This document shows, piece after piece, positions 46,201-56,471 of a DNA stretch of 64,000 nt. Numbering within the stretch: position 1 is the stretch's first letter; every line of letters starts with the position of its first letter. A program made the translations under genes and the position numbers. The notes under the pieces are model-generated. The model did no database searches, had not been told where the DNA came from, and saw nothing but the letters and a program-made list of their open reading frames with translations. Source of the DNA: a virus; the IMG/VR virus record IMGVR_UViG_3300037797_000117, positions 102,388 through 166,387 of that record. The stretch is one strand, 5' to 3'.

Positions 46201-46328
46201 ACCGGGATCTTATCGGACCTTGCCGATCAAGGGCAGGCCCCGAGGCCGGGGTGTGACAGAGATCGGCCCCGCCCGCGCCGGTGGCGGGTCGGGGCCGATC
46301 TCGGAAAGGGGGCGGGGTTACCCGGTGG

Positions 46329-48137
46329 CTATGCCAGTACCAGCTTCCGTTCCAGGTCGTTCCCGGTCAGGCATTCGACCAGGGCCGAGGTGATGATTTC
46401 GGCCACGCACGGGGTGACCGCGTTGCCGTACAACCGGGCGTTGATCCGCTTCACCGTCGTCGACGTCCGGTACCCGGTCGGGAACCCCATCGCCTCGCGG
46501 ATCTCGCCGATTTCCAACATGCGGAACCGGACCGGGCCGAGGACCCGGATCAGTTCCGTACGTGCCCACTCCTCGGCCGCCTTTTCCAGCTTGGACAGGT
46601 CGCCGAGCGCGGCAATCCCGTCGACCATCGCGTGTAGCTCAGCCGTCGACGAAGCCAGCCCGAACCGGTCGTGTGTGGTGAGCGTCCCCATCGGCCCGGC
46701 TTCGGCCGGGCGGGCGACACCGGTCCGGTTGTACGGCACCAGCAGCGAATCGGCCGAGATGATCGACTGCTTGCCCTGCGCGGTGATCGTACGCATCGGC
46801 TCGCCGGCCGGGGTGCACCGCGATTCATTGCCGCGTGCGGTGGTGTTCCGCATGACCAGGGTCGGCATGTCCGCCACGCCGTGGTGGAACCCCTGCGCAG
46901 ACAGCGTTGCCAGCGGCTCCGAAGCTGGCCGGGCGCGGCCCTTGTCGCCGCCGCCACGCAGCGGCGTGATGAACGGCGCCAGCTCGCCAACCCCGGTTTC
47001 GTTTCGGCATGTCATCGTGCGGATCGGCTCGGTAGCCGGCCGGGCCAGCTTCCCGTTACGCCCCTCGACCGGGATGGTCATCGGGGGCACGGCGACCGCG
47101 TCGGACTCCCGCGTCGTACGGGCCGGCATCGGATCCGACAACAGCCGCGCGCCGGAGCCGTCCCGGCCGCCGCGCCACGTCCCGCCGACCGGTACCAGCA
47201 GCGGCGCCCAGAATTTCTGCACACCGACCGCGGTACGGTGCAGGGTCGCGAACTCAAGGCGCTTCATTTTCAGGTCGGCCCGCTCGTCGATGCGGGCACC
47301 CACCACGTTCGGGTCGATCGCGTCCAGGGCCGGCACAACCTTCGGGTACACCCTGCGTCCCCGGCATTTCAATGCCGGGCACCGGTAGGTGTACTGGGTG
47401 CCGTACGCGCCCATGTCGATGCCGGGCTTCTTCCACACCTGGACCGCTTCTACGATCTGGGCGCAGTTGTCGCACCACGCTCGCGGGCGCAGCCACTTGT
47501 CCCAGTCCGGGTCACGGCCGAGGCTCACGTGCCAGAACGCCAGGTACAGCCGGTTACGTGACTGCGGCGGCCGCTTCGACCGGCGTGGCTGGGCGTGCAT
47601 CGAGTTGAACGCGATCAGCCGCGTCCGGTACCCGAGTGTCCACAGCTCCCGCAGGAAGTCGTCCCACTCGTGCCACAAGCGGCACTGGATGACGTTCTCC
47701 AGGAATCCCATCGGGACCGGGCGGCCCTTCTCCACCCATGCCCGCAGGTACCGGATCCCTTCCTTCATGTGTAGCCGTGACCGCTTGTACTCGACGCGGC
47801 GCTTACGTTCCGCCGCCGTCATGTTCGGCTTGGACAGGTCGACGAACAGGGCTGTTTCGGCGTTGGCCTTGTCGAAGTCGCGTTTCAACCCGTTCGCGTC
47901 CGTCCACGCCGGGCAGGCCGGCGAGTACGTGAACAGGTGACACCACGGCATCTTCTCGATGGGGAGCTTGGTCAGGTCGGCGTGGAAATGCTCGGCTTTC
48001 GGAAAGTTCAACCTGTGTGACGCGATGGCGTGCTCGTCGTGGTTGGCAGCGGCGATCGTCTCGACGTCCTCTACGGCGTCACACCCGTCGCTGGTGCCGC
48101 CGAGGCCGGAAAACTCGGAGTAGTGGGTGATAGCCAT
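46329..48137 (-). CDS. C5 cytosine DNA methyltransferase (orphan)
   Basis: FSGLGG (motif I), SPAC (IV), ENV (VI), PQSRNR (VIII), YGNAVTP (X). Confidence 0.9.
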   Translation of the reverse strand: MAITHYSEFSGLGGTSDGCDAVEDVETIAAANHDEHAIASHRLNFPKAEHFHADLTKLPIEKMPWCHLFTYSPACPAWTDANGLKRDFDKANAETALFVDLSKPNMTAAERKRRVEYKRSRLHMKEGIRYLRAWVEKGRPVPMGFLENVIQCRLWHEWDDFLRELWTLGYRTRLIAFNSMHAQPRRSKRPPQSRNRLYLAFWHVSLGRDPDWDKWLRPRAWCDNCAQIVEAVQVWKKPGIDMGAYGTQYTYRCPALKCRGRRVYPKVVPALDAIDPNVVGARIDERADLKMKRLEFATLHRTAVGVQKFWAPLLVPVGGTWRGGRDGSGARLLSDPMPARTTRESDAVAVPPMTIPVEGRNGKLARPATEPIRTMTCRNETGVGELAPFITPLRGGGDKGRARPASEPLATLSAQGFHHGVADMPTLVMRNTTARGNESRCTPAGEPMRTITAQGKQSIISADSLLVPYNRTGVARPAEAGPMGTLTTHDRFGLASSTAELHAMVDGIAALGDLSKLEKAAEEWARTELIRVLGPVRFRMLEIGEIREAMGFPTGYRTSTTVKRINARLYGNAVTPCVAEIITSALVECLTGNDLERKLVLA

Positions 48138-48204
48138 GGGTGTGCCGCCCTTTCGGGTGGGGTGGAGCCGTTGGGGAAACGGGGTGCTGCGGGTGGTGCA
48201 GGGG

Positions 48205-48402
48205 TCAGGCGTTCTCGTGGGGGATGCCGAGCAGGTCCAACGCTTCCTCGATCAGGGCGGCCGGGCCGTCACCTTCGTAGACGGCACCTCCGCCGGTGTC
48301 GTACACGGCGACGTAGTCGTTGTCGAGCACGAGCGAGTTGGCGCGCGACAACTCCCCGCTGTCGTAGGCGGCCTTCAAATCGGCCAACGTTGCGTACTTC
48401 AT
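48205..48402 (-). CDS. hypothetical protein
   Basis: ATGA overlap. Confidence 0.6.
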   Translation of the reverse strand: MKYATLADLKAAYDSGELSRANSLVLDNDYVAVYDTGGGAVYEGDGPAALIEEALDLLGIPHENA

Positions 48403-48785
48403 GCCGGTTCACCTTCCGTGTCGGGGTTGCTGCGCTGGTCGCCTCCGCGGCCGGGGCGGTTCTCTGCGTCGTTCCACCAGTCGCGGAACGCCTGCTCCAG
48501 GTGGGCGACGGACTGGCCCTCGTCGGGCCAATACTGGCGTTCCTGCTGGCCCGGCCGGACCGACGTACCGGGGAATGGGTGGTCTTCGTACCGGTTGGCG
48601 CGGTAGGTGCCGTCCGGGTTGGTGTTCTTCCCCTCGGGGAGGGGCTGGGTGAACCAGTAGTAGGCGTACAGGGTTCGCATCGAGATCGGCGGGGCGTGGG
48701 GGTCCTTGCGGCGGCGTTCCTCGGTCCAGAGCCGAACAATGTCGGTCGAGGTCAGGTACGGCAGCCGCCGATGGTTGCCGTTCAC
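48399..48785 (-). CDS. AlpA/excisionase-like DNA-binding protein
   Basis: YLTSTDI..ISMRTLYAY..FP..RPGRGG; GGAG RBS. Confidence 0.55.
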   Translation of the reverse strand: MNGNHRRLPYLTSTDIVRLWTEERRRKDPHAPPISMRTLYAYYWFTQPLPEGKNTNPDGTYRANRYEDHPFPGTSVRPGQQERQYWPDEGQSVAHLEQAFRDWWNDAENRPGRGGDQRSNPDTEGEPA

Positions 48786-48817
48786 AGGGGTTCATCTCCT
48801 CACGGGGTCGGGTGGGG

Positions 48818-49186
48818 CTATTTCCAGGGGGACTTGCCGGTGGGGCGGGTCAACGGGTTCACCTTCGCCGCGTAGGACGTTTGCGGCCGGGTGGCCCGGG
48901 CCGGACGGGTGTTGCGGGTGCCGATGCGGGCACGGGTCGCCATCGCCATGATCCCGGCGGCCGGAACAGCGACCAGGAGCAGCGGCGCCGCCATCATGGC
49001 CCCGGCGGCGGCCACCGCGAACACGACCAGCCCGGCCAGCGAACACGCCACGATCGTCACAACCAGGCCGGGGCTCACCCCCACCCGGGAAGGGCGGGGG
49101 GAACGGGCCGGCGGAGCGGCGGGCGGCCACGCCGCGTACGGCTCCGGCTGGTTCGACGGGCCGTACGCGTTGCGGGGTGGCCTCAC
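48818..49186 (-). CDS. membrane protein
   Basis: Two hydrophobic segments; GTGA overlap. Confidence 0.55.
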   Translation of the reverse strand: MRPPRNAYGPSNQPEPYAAWPPAAPPARSPRPSRVGVSPGLVVTIVACSLAGLVVFAVAAAGAMMAAPLLLVAVPAAGIMAMATRARIGTRNTRPARATRPQTSYAAKVNPLTRPTGKSPWK

Positions 49187-50166
49187 GCCGTCGCCTGGTC
49201 AGCCCAGCCAGATACGAACGGCTCAGCAGACGGCGCGGCGGGCTCGGCTGCCTTGGCGGCGCGGCGTTCGTGAATCTCTTCGATCCGGTGCATCGGCACC
49301 AGGTCGTCCCAACCCGGGTCAACCACAACCTTGACGGTCTTCCGGTTGACCCTGACGACCTCGTACCAGCCGCTTTTCGTGCGGATGTGCGTTGCGAACG
49401 GCAGCCGGGTCAGGTCCAGCGGCGGCACGGCCCGCACCGGCCGGCGCAGCGCGTCCAGCTCCCGCGCCAGCCGGTCGATGAGCCGGCTAAGCTCCCCCGC
49501 ACGCTTCAACTGTCCGTCGATGCGGCGGCCGAACTGCTTTGTGCGGCTTGACCCGCCGACAGTCCGGTTGGACTCGGCGTGGAACCGTGTCCGGGCGGCG
49601 GTCAACTCGGCTGCCTTGGCCGCGATTGCCCGCGCCCGGTCGTCGCCGTGCTCGGGGAGGATCCGCCACGCGATGCCCTCGCCGGCCTCGTTCGCCGCCC
49701 GATACTGGTCGACGTCGGCCGGGTCCAGGCCCACAGCGACCGTGCGCCACATCTTGCCGCCGTCGGTACTCGCCTGGTGCTCGAACGTCTCGCCGGGCGT
49801 CACCGGCGTCGCCGCGTTCGGCGCGGCGGTCGGGGCCGGGTCGGGGGTGGCCGGGGCCGAAGCGTCGCCGGTGGTTTCCTCGGCCGTCTCGGCGGGCGTG
49901 GTCTTCGGCTCGGGGGCAAGGTAGTGCGTCTGCGCGCCGAAGCACGAGCGGACGGTGCCGTGGTCGGTGACGACGTCGTACCGGACCTGCCGGCCGCCGG
50001 AGACGGCGTTGAAGCCGGTCACGGTGGCGTGGACGGCGCCGGTCTTGCGGTAGGCGATGCCGGCGTAGCCGCTGGCGTCGGCGGGGTAGACGAGGATGCG
50101 GACGGGGGTACGTGCGGCGGTGCGTCGGCCGATCTCGGTGGTGGTGATTTTCCCCTTGGCAGTCAT
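49183..50166 (-). CDS. hypothetical protein ending PFVSGWADQATA
   Basis: WYEVVRVNRKTVKV segment; preceded by cassette promoter repeat. Confidence 0.75.
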   Translation of the reverse strand: MTAKGKITTTEIGRRTAARTPVRILVYPADASGYAGIAYRKTGAVHATVTGFNAVSGGRQVRYDVVTDHGTVRSCFGAQTHYLAPEPKTTPAETAEETTGDASAPATPDPAPTAAPNAATPVTPGETFEHQASTDGGKMWRTVAVGLDPADVDQYRAANEAGEGIAWRILPEHGDDRARAIAAKAAELTAARTRFHAESNRTVGGSSRTKQFGRRIDGQLKRAGELSRLIDRLARELDALRRPVRAVPPLDLTRLPFATHIRTKSGWYEVVRVNRKTVKVVVDPGWDDLVPMHRIEEIHERRAAKAAEPAAPSAEPFVSGWADQATA

Positions 50167-50383
50167 CTCGGTCCCCTCAATGTGGCGGTCACTAACACAA
50201 CTCTATCAGACGTCGGGCCGGACACCGAATCAGCCCGGGAACAGCGTCAACTGCCGCCCTTTCTGTGGCGGCCGGCGTGCTTGTGGGTCGGGCTGGTGTT
50301 CCACCAGCGGTACAGACGGCAGAAGGCCAGCAACCTGAGGAGGCCAGCGAGAGGGTTCGGCATGGCGGGGGTCCTTTCGAGGG

Positions 50384-51316
50384 TTAGGCGGCGAACAGGT
50401 CGAGTTGCTCGTGAGCGGGGGTAGCCCACGACGTGCGGACCGCGGCGAGGACCTCCTCCCGGTACGCCAGCGCATACCGGAAGCAGTTACGGCAGTCGGT
50501 CAACGTCACCCGGTCCAGGGCGGTGTGCGTGCAGCCGGGCATCCGCAACTGTTCCTTGCGCGCCGTCGCGGACCACGCCTGCGAGTCCGACGACGCGAGT
50601 AGGTGCCCGATGCGGCGGAGCCCGTTGATACTGACCCCGAACCCGTGCATACGCATCCCCAACGGCGCCAACGTGCGGAACACCCGCTCAATGTCGGCCT
50701 GCCCACCACGGCGGCACACCGACCCGATCCCGACGTGCATCCCGGCCAGGTCCACACCCGCCCGGGTGTACGCGTCGAAGTGCCGCAGGTAGTCGTCCGG
50801 GTGCCAGCCCTGCAACACGGGCAGCCACTGCACCATGTCGAACTCGCCGGCCAAATGCAGATACGAGTCGAGCGTCATCTCCTGGTGCTGCGCCACGGTG
50901 AACCCGGTACGGGCCAGGACACCCGGCTCACACGGCCAGTCCTGGATCGCAACGAAGTCCGGCGGGCCGACGTCGTCGATCAGCCTGACCCACATCGAAC
51001 CGTAAAGGTCCGGCTCAGCCGACCACGGGTGCTCCGCACTGTCGCGGCCCATCATGAGTGCCGCGTACGCACCCGAATCACCCGCCCACGGGCAACCCAT
51101 ACGGACCGGGAACCGGTCACCCCGGGTCCGGTACCGGGCCAGGGTCGAGCAGGCGATGAACGTCGGCACCGGGGAGCGGACCATCTTCGACGGGTGCCCG
51201 GTGCCGGTGTAGTACGTCATCCGCCGGGCCGGGTCCGGGTGGTCATCGGCCCGTGTCCACGGCGTGATGGCAAGCTCCCAATCCGGCAGCCAGTACGGCC
51301 CGTCGGGGGCGTCCAT
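50384..51316 (-). CDS. DpdA/queuine tRNA-ribosyltransferase-like transglycosylase
   Basis: DSGAY, QDWPCEP, PVLQG, GIGSVCRR, HGFGV, SSDSQAWS; ends QLDLFAA. Confidence 0.8.
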   Translation of the reverse strand: MDAPDGPYWLPDWELAITPWTRADDHPDPARRMTYYTGTGHPSKMVRSPVPTFIACSTLARYRTRGDRFPVRMGCPWAGDSGAYAALMMGRDSAEHPWSAEPDLYGSMWVRLIDDVGPPDFVAIQDWPCEPGVLARTGFTVAQHQEMTLDSYLHLAGEFDMVQWLPVLQGWHPDDYLRHFDAYTRAGVDLAGMHVGIGSVCRRGGQADIERVFRTLAPLGMRMHGFGVSINGLRRIGHLLASSDSQAWSATARKEQLRMPGCTHTALDRVTLTDCRNCFRYALAYREEVLAAVRTSWATPAHEQLDLFAA

Positions 51317-52149
51317 CACGCCGTCTTGTCCGGTGCCGTCGGATACGGGTGGGCGTCCATCCCGACCGTGGTACGGCGTCGCGCGCTCCGATCGCCGATA
51401 GTCCATACGTACCGGTGGTTCCCCCGGTGCCGAACGGCGCGAGCGTCGACAGCGGCCAGCGCACGGCGCAGCCACACCGCCGGGGCCTCCCCCGCCGCCG
51501 GGTCCGGGGCGCCAGCCGCGACCAGGCCGGCGCGGACGTGCCCGGCGCCGCGCTCCCCGCCGATCAGCTTCGCCCGTGCCCGGTCGGAGAACACCCGGCC
51601 GTCGGGCAGTAACGTCAGTGTGCGGGCACGTCCACGCCCCGTGTACGTGGCGTTCAGCGCCTTGTACACGGTTCCGACGTGGCCGGGCATGACCAGCTCC
51701 CCGCCGACCGTGCGAGGCATCGGATCGGAGAACGCGACCACGCCACGCACGCCCGCGTCGGCCGCGTACGCGAACACCCGAGCGACGAACCACGATTCGG
51801 CGTTCGCCGGCACCTGGTCGAGCAGTACCAGCCGCGACAACTCCAGCGACTGCCGGTAAGGCTCCAGCGCCGGAAACGGGCCGGTGAGAACCGTGCGAGA
51901 CATCGGCACGCCGAGGACGGCCACCCCGACCAGGCGGGCACCCTCGAACAGGCCCACCCGCAGCGACGCGGCCGGGTAGGCGCGGCTGTAGTGGTGCGCA
52001 AGCACGAACGCCCGCGCGGTGGCCTCGCCGATCGGGTGTACGGCGTAGCGGCGCGGGTTGAACCCGCCCTCACTGGTCGGGCGCCACGAGTGCATGTGCT
52101 GGTTCCACCGCTGACACCAGGTGCCGTCAAGGGTGAGTTGGCCGTTCAC
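51316..52149 (-). CDS. Mom-family adenine modification enzyme (GNAT fold)
   Basis: FVLAHHYS, LELSRLVLLD.VPANAESWF, VVAFSDP, GHVGTVYKALN..YTGR. Confidence 0.85.
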   Translation of the reverse strand: MNGQLTLDGTWCQRWNQHMHSWRPTSEGGFNPRRYAVHPIGEATARAFVLAHHYSRAYPAASLRVGLFEGARLVGVAVLGVPMSRTVLTGPFPALEPYRQSLELSRLVLLDQVPANAESWFVARVFAYAADAGVRGVVAFSDPMPRTVGGELVMPGHVGTVYKALNATYTGRGRARTLTLLPDGRVFSDRARAKLIGGERGAGHVRAGLVAAGAPDPAAGEAPAVWLRRALAAVDARAVRHRGNHRYVWTIGDRSARRRTTVGMDAHPYPTAPDKTA

Positions 52150-53189
52150 GACGCACCCCAGGTGGACACGAACAGCGGGAGCTGTCCACAGCCGGGCGTG
52201 TCGCCCGGGTCGTCGTGGTGGCGGTCCCACGGGCCGGTGTCGGCGTGGGCCGGGCAGTGCCGGTCGGTTTCCCAGTCGCGGGCGAGCACGCGCACGCCAC
52301 ACGCCGGGCATGCCGTCCAGCGGACCACGAACCCTTCCCTGCCCGGTTCGGGCTGGACCGAGGCGAGCGCCCGCCCGTTCTGGAACGTGTGCCCGATCTC
52401 GCGCTCTACCGCGATGTACTCGTCGGCGACCTCCGGTGACAGCCTGCGCGCGATCGACAGGTCCCGGCTGGAGGCGAGGACACAGAACCGGCACGACAGC
52501 CGGGACATGCCCTCGTCGTAGGCCGGGTGGTACGGCACCCCCGACGTACGGATGTCTGCCCATACCTGCGCCGTGGTCAGGCCCTGGATCGGTAGCCAGT
52601 CGAAGACGTGGCGCTTCGTGCTGGCCGACTGGCGGGCGTTGAACGAGAACGGCGCCAACTCCGCGCGGCGCTTGCTCTCCCCTGCCCGGAACCCCATCAC
52701 CTGGAGCACCCGCACCGGGCGGCCAAGCGACCGCGTGTCGCGGATGTGTTCGCACATCGCTTCGATGGCGCGGCGGCTCGGAGCCGTCTTGTGGTCGCTG
52801 GTGCAGTACCGCAGCCCGGCACCCGGCCACCCACGCACGCCGCCGTCACGCTTGCGGCGGGTGGCAACGTCGTCGAGCAGGTCCACCCCTTCCCGGCGCG
52901 GGATTGCCAGCGTGAGCCCGTTCCGGGTGGCCTGCTCGGCAGCCAGTTCGGGCACCTTGGGCCACTCGACACGCCCGCCAAGGTCCATGTGCATCGCGAC
53001 GGCCAGGTGCAGAAGCCCGGCCGTGTTCAGCGCGAGCACGGCAGCGCGCATGGCTGTCTGGGAGTCCTTGCCGGCGCTGGTCTGGACGACGACCAGGTCC
53101 CACCAGGACAGCCACCCAGCTACGTCCGGTCCGGGCGCGTCCGGCGCCGTCATGCACGGCGCCGGGTCGACGACCAGAACCCGGCTCAC
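52146..53189 (-). CDS. PAPS reductase-like (PP-loop) protein ending LFVSTWGAS
   Basis: SAGKDSQ, RYCTSDHK, GFRAGES.RR, WLPI, HPAY..GMSRLSCRFC. Confidence 0.85.
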   Translation of the reverse strand: MSRVLVVDPAPCMTAPDAPGPDVAGWLSWWDLVVVQTSAGKDSQTAMRAAVLALNTAGLLHLAVAMHMDLGGRVEWPKVPELAAEQATRNGLTLAIPRREGVDLLDDVATRRKRDGGVRGWPGAGLRYCTSDHKTAPSRRAIEAMCEHIRDTRSLGRPVRVLQVMGFRAGESKRRAELAPFSFNARQSASTKRHVFDWLPIQGLTTAQVWADIRTSGVPYHPAYDEGMSRLSCRFCVLASSRDLSIARRLSPEVADEYIAVEREIGHTFQNGRALASVQPEPGREGFVVRWTACPACGVRVLARDWETDRHCPAHADTGPWDRHHDDPGDTPGCGQLPLFVSTWGAS

Positions 53190-54340
53190 AGCGCACCGCC
53201 CCAGGACGACACGAACGGTGTGGTGTCGGGCTCGCCGGCCGGGGCCGGTGTCAGCGGGGCGGTGTGGCCCCACCAGATCGACTTGCCGGCGTCGGCGAGC
53301 TTGCGTCGCTTCTCCTCCCAGTCGAACACCAGCCGGCCGAGCATGTTCTTCCACGCCGGGCCGTGCCCGTCGCGGGGTGTCGCCGCGTGCGCGACCTCAT
53401 GGGCCAGGAGGTACTCGACCAGGTCCCGGTCGCATTGGAACACTGCCCAGTGGATGCCGATGCTGTGCGTGCCCCGCCGGTACGTGCCCCACGTGCGTGG
53501 GCTGCGCGGGGTGTGCGGGCGGACACTGATCCGCAGGCCGGGCTTGACCCCAAGCCGGTTGACCATGTCGGGGGTGTACCGGTCGATCCACGCCTGACCC
53601 TGCTCCCGGTACCACTCGATGATGGTTGCGGCGCTGACCGCGTCACGGCGGAGCGTCAGTTGGTAGCTGCGGCCTCCGGACCAGCCGGGGTGGCCCGGTT
53701 CGGCCACGATCGGGACGCCGGGATGGGCCGTGGTCAGCCGGTTGCACTGGCACGGGCAACGCCGGCCGGTGTCGCTGTCGTCGACAAGTTGCAGCTTGTG
53801 TGAGATGCCCAGCAGCTTGAACCCTTCCCCGTTGACCAACTCCTTTGCCGGGTCGGTAGCGGCCCGGTCGGTGGCGGCGCGGGCACCCTTGAGGATCGCG
53901 GCCCGGCGGGCGCCGACGAACGCGGCGAACCGGTCCGGGGTGCACGCCGGCGGGACGGTGAACACGACCAGGCCGCCGGGCTCGAACGTCGCTCCGAGCG
54001 ACTTGCGGCGCGGCCGGATCTCGATGTTCCAGGACAGCGACGCGGGCAGCTTCACCGCGTCAAGCGCGGCGGCGTACGCGGCGATCGGGTCAGCGGCGGG
54101 GGCGGGTGTGTAGGGCTTCCACCCGTGCATGTTCTCCCCCGCGTACCAGCGGGTTTCCTTCGCGTACAGGTCCGCGACGGCACCCCGGGTGCGGGCGGTC
54201 TCCGCGTCGACCTTCCGGTCGAACGCGTCCAGGACGCCACCGGCGGCGGTGCGGAGTTGCCAGCGGCGGCCGGTCCGGTTGACGGTCCATGTCGTGGGCG
54301 GGTTGGCGGCGTGCTCGGCGGGACTGCGGAACAGGGGCAC
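53186..54340 (-). CDS. YgjP-like (M48) metallopeptidase-domain protein ending PFVSSWGGAL
   Basis: RRKSLG, GEGFKLLG, WGT, EYLLAHEVAH...HG. Confidence 0.8.
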   Translation of the reverse strand: MPLFRSPAEHAANPPTTWTVNRTGRRWQLRTAAGGVLDAFDRKVDAETARTRGAVADLYAKETRWYAGENMHGWKPYTPAPAADPIAAYAAALDAVKLPASLSWNIEIRPRRKSLGATFEPGGLVVFTVPPACTPDRFAAFVGARRAAILKGARAATDRAATDPAKELVNGEGFKLLGISHKLQLVDDSDTGRRCPCQCNRLTTAHPGVPIVAEPGHPGWSGGRSYQLTLRRDAVSAATIIEWYREQGQAWIDRYTPDMVNRLGVKPGLRISVRPHTPRSPRTWGTYRRGTHSIGIHWAVFQCDRDLVEYLLAHEVAHAATPRDGHGPAWKNMLGRLVFDWEEKRRKLADAGKSIWWGHTAPLTPAPAGEPDTTPFVSSWGGAL

Positions 54341-54395
54341 GTCGGCGCTCCTCGGCGTTTGTGGCGGTCGGCGGGGTCTTGCTGCGAGGGGGGAC

Positions 54396-54596
54396 TCAGC
54401 CAACTGAGTGCGTGTCCGCGTCGTCGTTGGTGTTGGTGGCCCGGAAAAACCAGTCCTTCATTCCGTTCCATTCGTCCCGTTCCGGAAGCGGAAAGTCGTG
54501 CTTGGCTACCTTGCTGACGGCCGCCTCAGCGCTGTCCGCTTCGACACTTACCGTGGTGGTGATGCTGCGTGTGACCTCGACTTCGTACGTGGGCAT
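54396..54596 (-). CDS. small hypothetical protein
   Basis: AGGAGG RBS; YEVEVT..VSVEADSAEAA. Confidence 0.7.
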   Translation of the reverse strand: MPTYEVEVTRSITTTVSVEADSAEAAVSKVAKHDFPLPERDEWNGMKDWFFRATNTNDDADTHSVG

Positions 54597-54665
54597 GACA
54601 TCCTCCTGTGTGGCGGTGACTGACTCAATGCTATCACGGGGTTCGGGGAGGTACGGCCGAGTCGA

Positions 54666-54968
54666 TCACGACGCACCCCACCACGACACGGGCGGGGCGG
54701 CCGCACGCTCGGCGGCGCGCTCGTCACGGCGCCGCATGGCGTCCGGGGCGGGCATGTCCGTACCGGCATCGCGCAGGCCGTACCAACCGGTGGTGACGAA
54801 CCGGAAGCCGAGCTTCTTCGTGGCCGCTTCCGCTCCGGCCTGGTCCTTGCGGTTGAACAGGATTCGGCCGGTGGTGTCGTGGCCGATCCAGCGGCCCGCG
54901 TCGCGATCCACGGCGCCACGTGCGTTGTAGTCGTTGTCGGTCAGGAGGAACCGGGGATGGCTGCTCAT
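54666..54968 (-). CDS. hypothetical protein ending PPVSWWGAS
   Basis: GAAAGG RBS. Confidence 0.65.
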   Translation of the reverse strand: MSSHPRFLLTDNDYNARGAVDRDAGRWIGHDTTGRILFNRKDQAGAEAATKKLGFRFVTTGWYGLRDAGTDMPAPDAMRRRDERAAERAAAPPVSWWGAS

Positions 54969-55046
54969 GGTTGGGCGCCTTTCATCGTGGCGGTCGGTGG
55001 GGCACGGCGGCCGCCGGGAGCTTGCACACCCGGCGGCACCGATACG

Positions 55047-55709
55047 TCACCGAACGGTCAGGTTGTCGGGGTGCTCCCACCCGAAGTGGTCGACCTGCCG
55101 GCCGTCGTCGGTCAGGTACTCGACGCGGACCGTGCCGCCGTCGCCCGTGATCGGGCAGACCGTGCCGCCGATGGGCCCGTTGTGGACGACGTAGACCCGC
55201 CTACCGGCTGCGGTGCGGTACACCGTCGACCACGGCTGTCCGGCGGGTACGGCCGGCGTCACGTGTACAGCCGCCTGTGCGGCCTTGTCGACGTCGGCGA
55301 ACACGAGTAGCGCCGGGTCCTCGCCGGTTTCCGTGTCAGGCGTAGCGCCTGCGACCGGGTGGGAGCGTTCGGTGTACGTCGGGACGCTGCTTCGGCTCGC
55401 CTCGGCGGCGTATACGAGTGCGTCGGTGGCCGGGCTTTCGATCTCCTCGGTGTCTACGTCGTCGGCGTGCCACAGGCAGGACCCGGTCGCGGAGTGAACG
55501 CGCAGGATATCGGCGGCGTACTGACCGCTGACGTAGGCGGAGCGGCCGACGTGGACCCAGGCGTATGCGGCCTTGGGGAACTGCTCGCGCAGGCGCGCAA
55601 CGGCCCGGGCGAGGTTCAGCGCGGCAGCGGCCCGGTTGAGCTCGCGGCGCCGGGCGTAGATGGTGGTGAGCTGGTCCTCAATCTGTTCGGTGGTAACTCG
55701 GCTGGTCAT
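55047..55709 (-). CDS. hypothetical protein, paralogue of 55821 gene
   Basis: Shared FP.A.YAW, EIESPATDA, PDT.TG.DP.L.VF..VD. Confidence 0.75.
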   Translation of the reverse strand: MTSRVTTEQIEDQLTTIYARRRELNRAAAALNLARAVARLREQFPKAAYAWVHVGRSAYVSGQYAADILRVHSATGSCLWHADDVDTEEIESPATDALVYAAEASRSSVPTYTERSHPVAGATPDTETGEDPALLVFADVDKAAQAAVHVTPAVPAGQPWSTVYRTAAGRRVYVVHNGPIGGTVCPITGDGGTVRVEYLTDDGRQVDHFGWEHPDNLTVR

Positions 55710-55820
55710 CTCGACTCCCTACGTGTGGCGGTGACTGACTCAATGCTATCACGGGTTCGGGGAGGCACGGCGCGGCCGGGAGCTTGCGTGCCCGGCCGTC
55801 GCCGGTACGACACCGAACGG

Positions 55821-56471
55821 TCAGACGTCCGAGCCGGTAAACGTCACCCCGACCTCGGCGAACGCACGGCCAAGATCCTGGAAGGTGTCGGCGTTCCATT
55901 CGCCGCCGGGCTGGCCGTGGTCCAGGACCGCGACGATTCGGGTCAGGAGCGCGTCCCGCTGGTCTTGGGTGAGATGGGTAAGCGGGCCGGTGACCGCTAC
56001 CGCCTCGGCCGGGCCGAGTTCGTCGGCGGCGTCCCGGTCGACGGCCGAGAAGACGATCAGGAACGGGTCGGCCCCGGTGTGCGTGTCCGGCACAGCCCCC
56101 GGCGGGACGTTGTCCCACGGCTGCGTTATGGATCCACACGACGCCCCGGCCGCGTCGGCAACCGTGATCGCTTCCGCGATCGCGTCGGTTGCGGGGCTTT
56201 CAATTTCGTCGCAGGCCGTTTCGTCGGCAACGACCGTGCCGGCCTGGTCGTGCAGCCGCAGAACAGTCACACTCGGCCGGGTGTCGAAGTTCACGTCAAT
56301 CCACGCGTATTCGGCGGTGGGGAAGCCCTTACGTAGGCGGGTGACCGCATAGGCCAGGTACAGGCGGGCCGTGGACTTTGCGGCGGCGTCGAGACGCTTG
56401 TGCGCCGCATGTATCGCGCGGTCGATGGCTTCGACGGTGGGAACGGGTGTCGGGCGGTCTGTGACGGTCAT
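55821..56471 (-). CDS. hypothetical protein, paralogue of 55047 gene
   Basis: GAGAGGA RBS; shared motifs. Confidence 0.75.
   Translation of the reverse strand: MTVTDRPTPVPTVEAIDRAIHAAHKRLDAAAKSTARLYLAYAVTRLRKGFPTAEYAWIDVNFDTRPSVTVLRLHDQAGTVVADETACDEIESPATDAIAEAITVADAAGASCGSITQPWDNVPPGAVPDTHTGADPFLIVFSAVDRDAADELGPAEAVAVTGPLTHLTQDQRDALLTRIVAVLDHGQPGGEWNADTFQDLGRAFAEVGVTFTGSDV

Noticed and set aside
50230-50475. ORF ending RQLTLFPG (clamp motif)
   Set aside because: The RBS supports the alternative frame (ATG about 50363), so the motif may be chance or a frameshifted remnant
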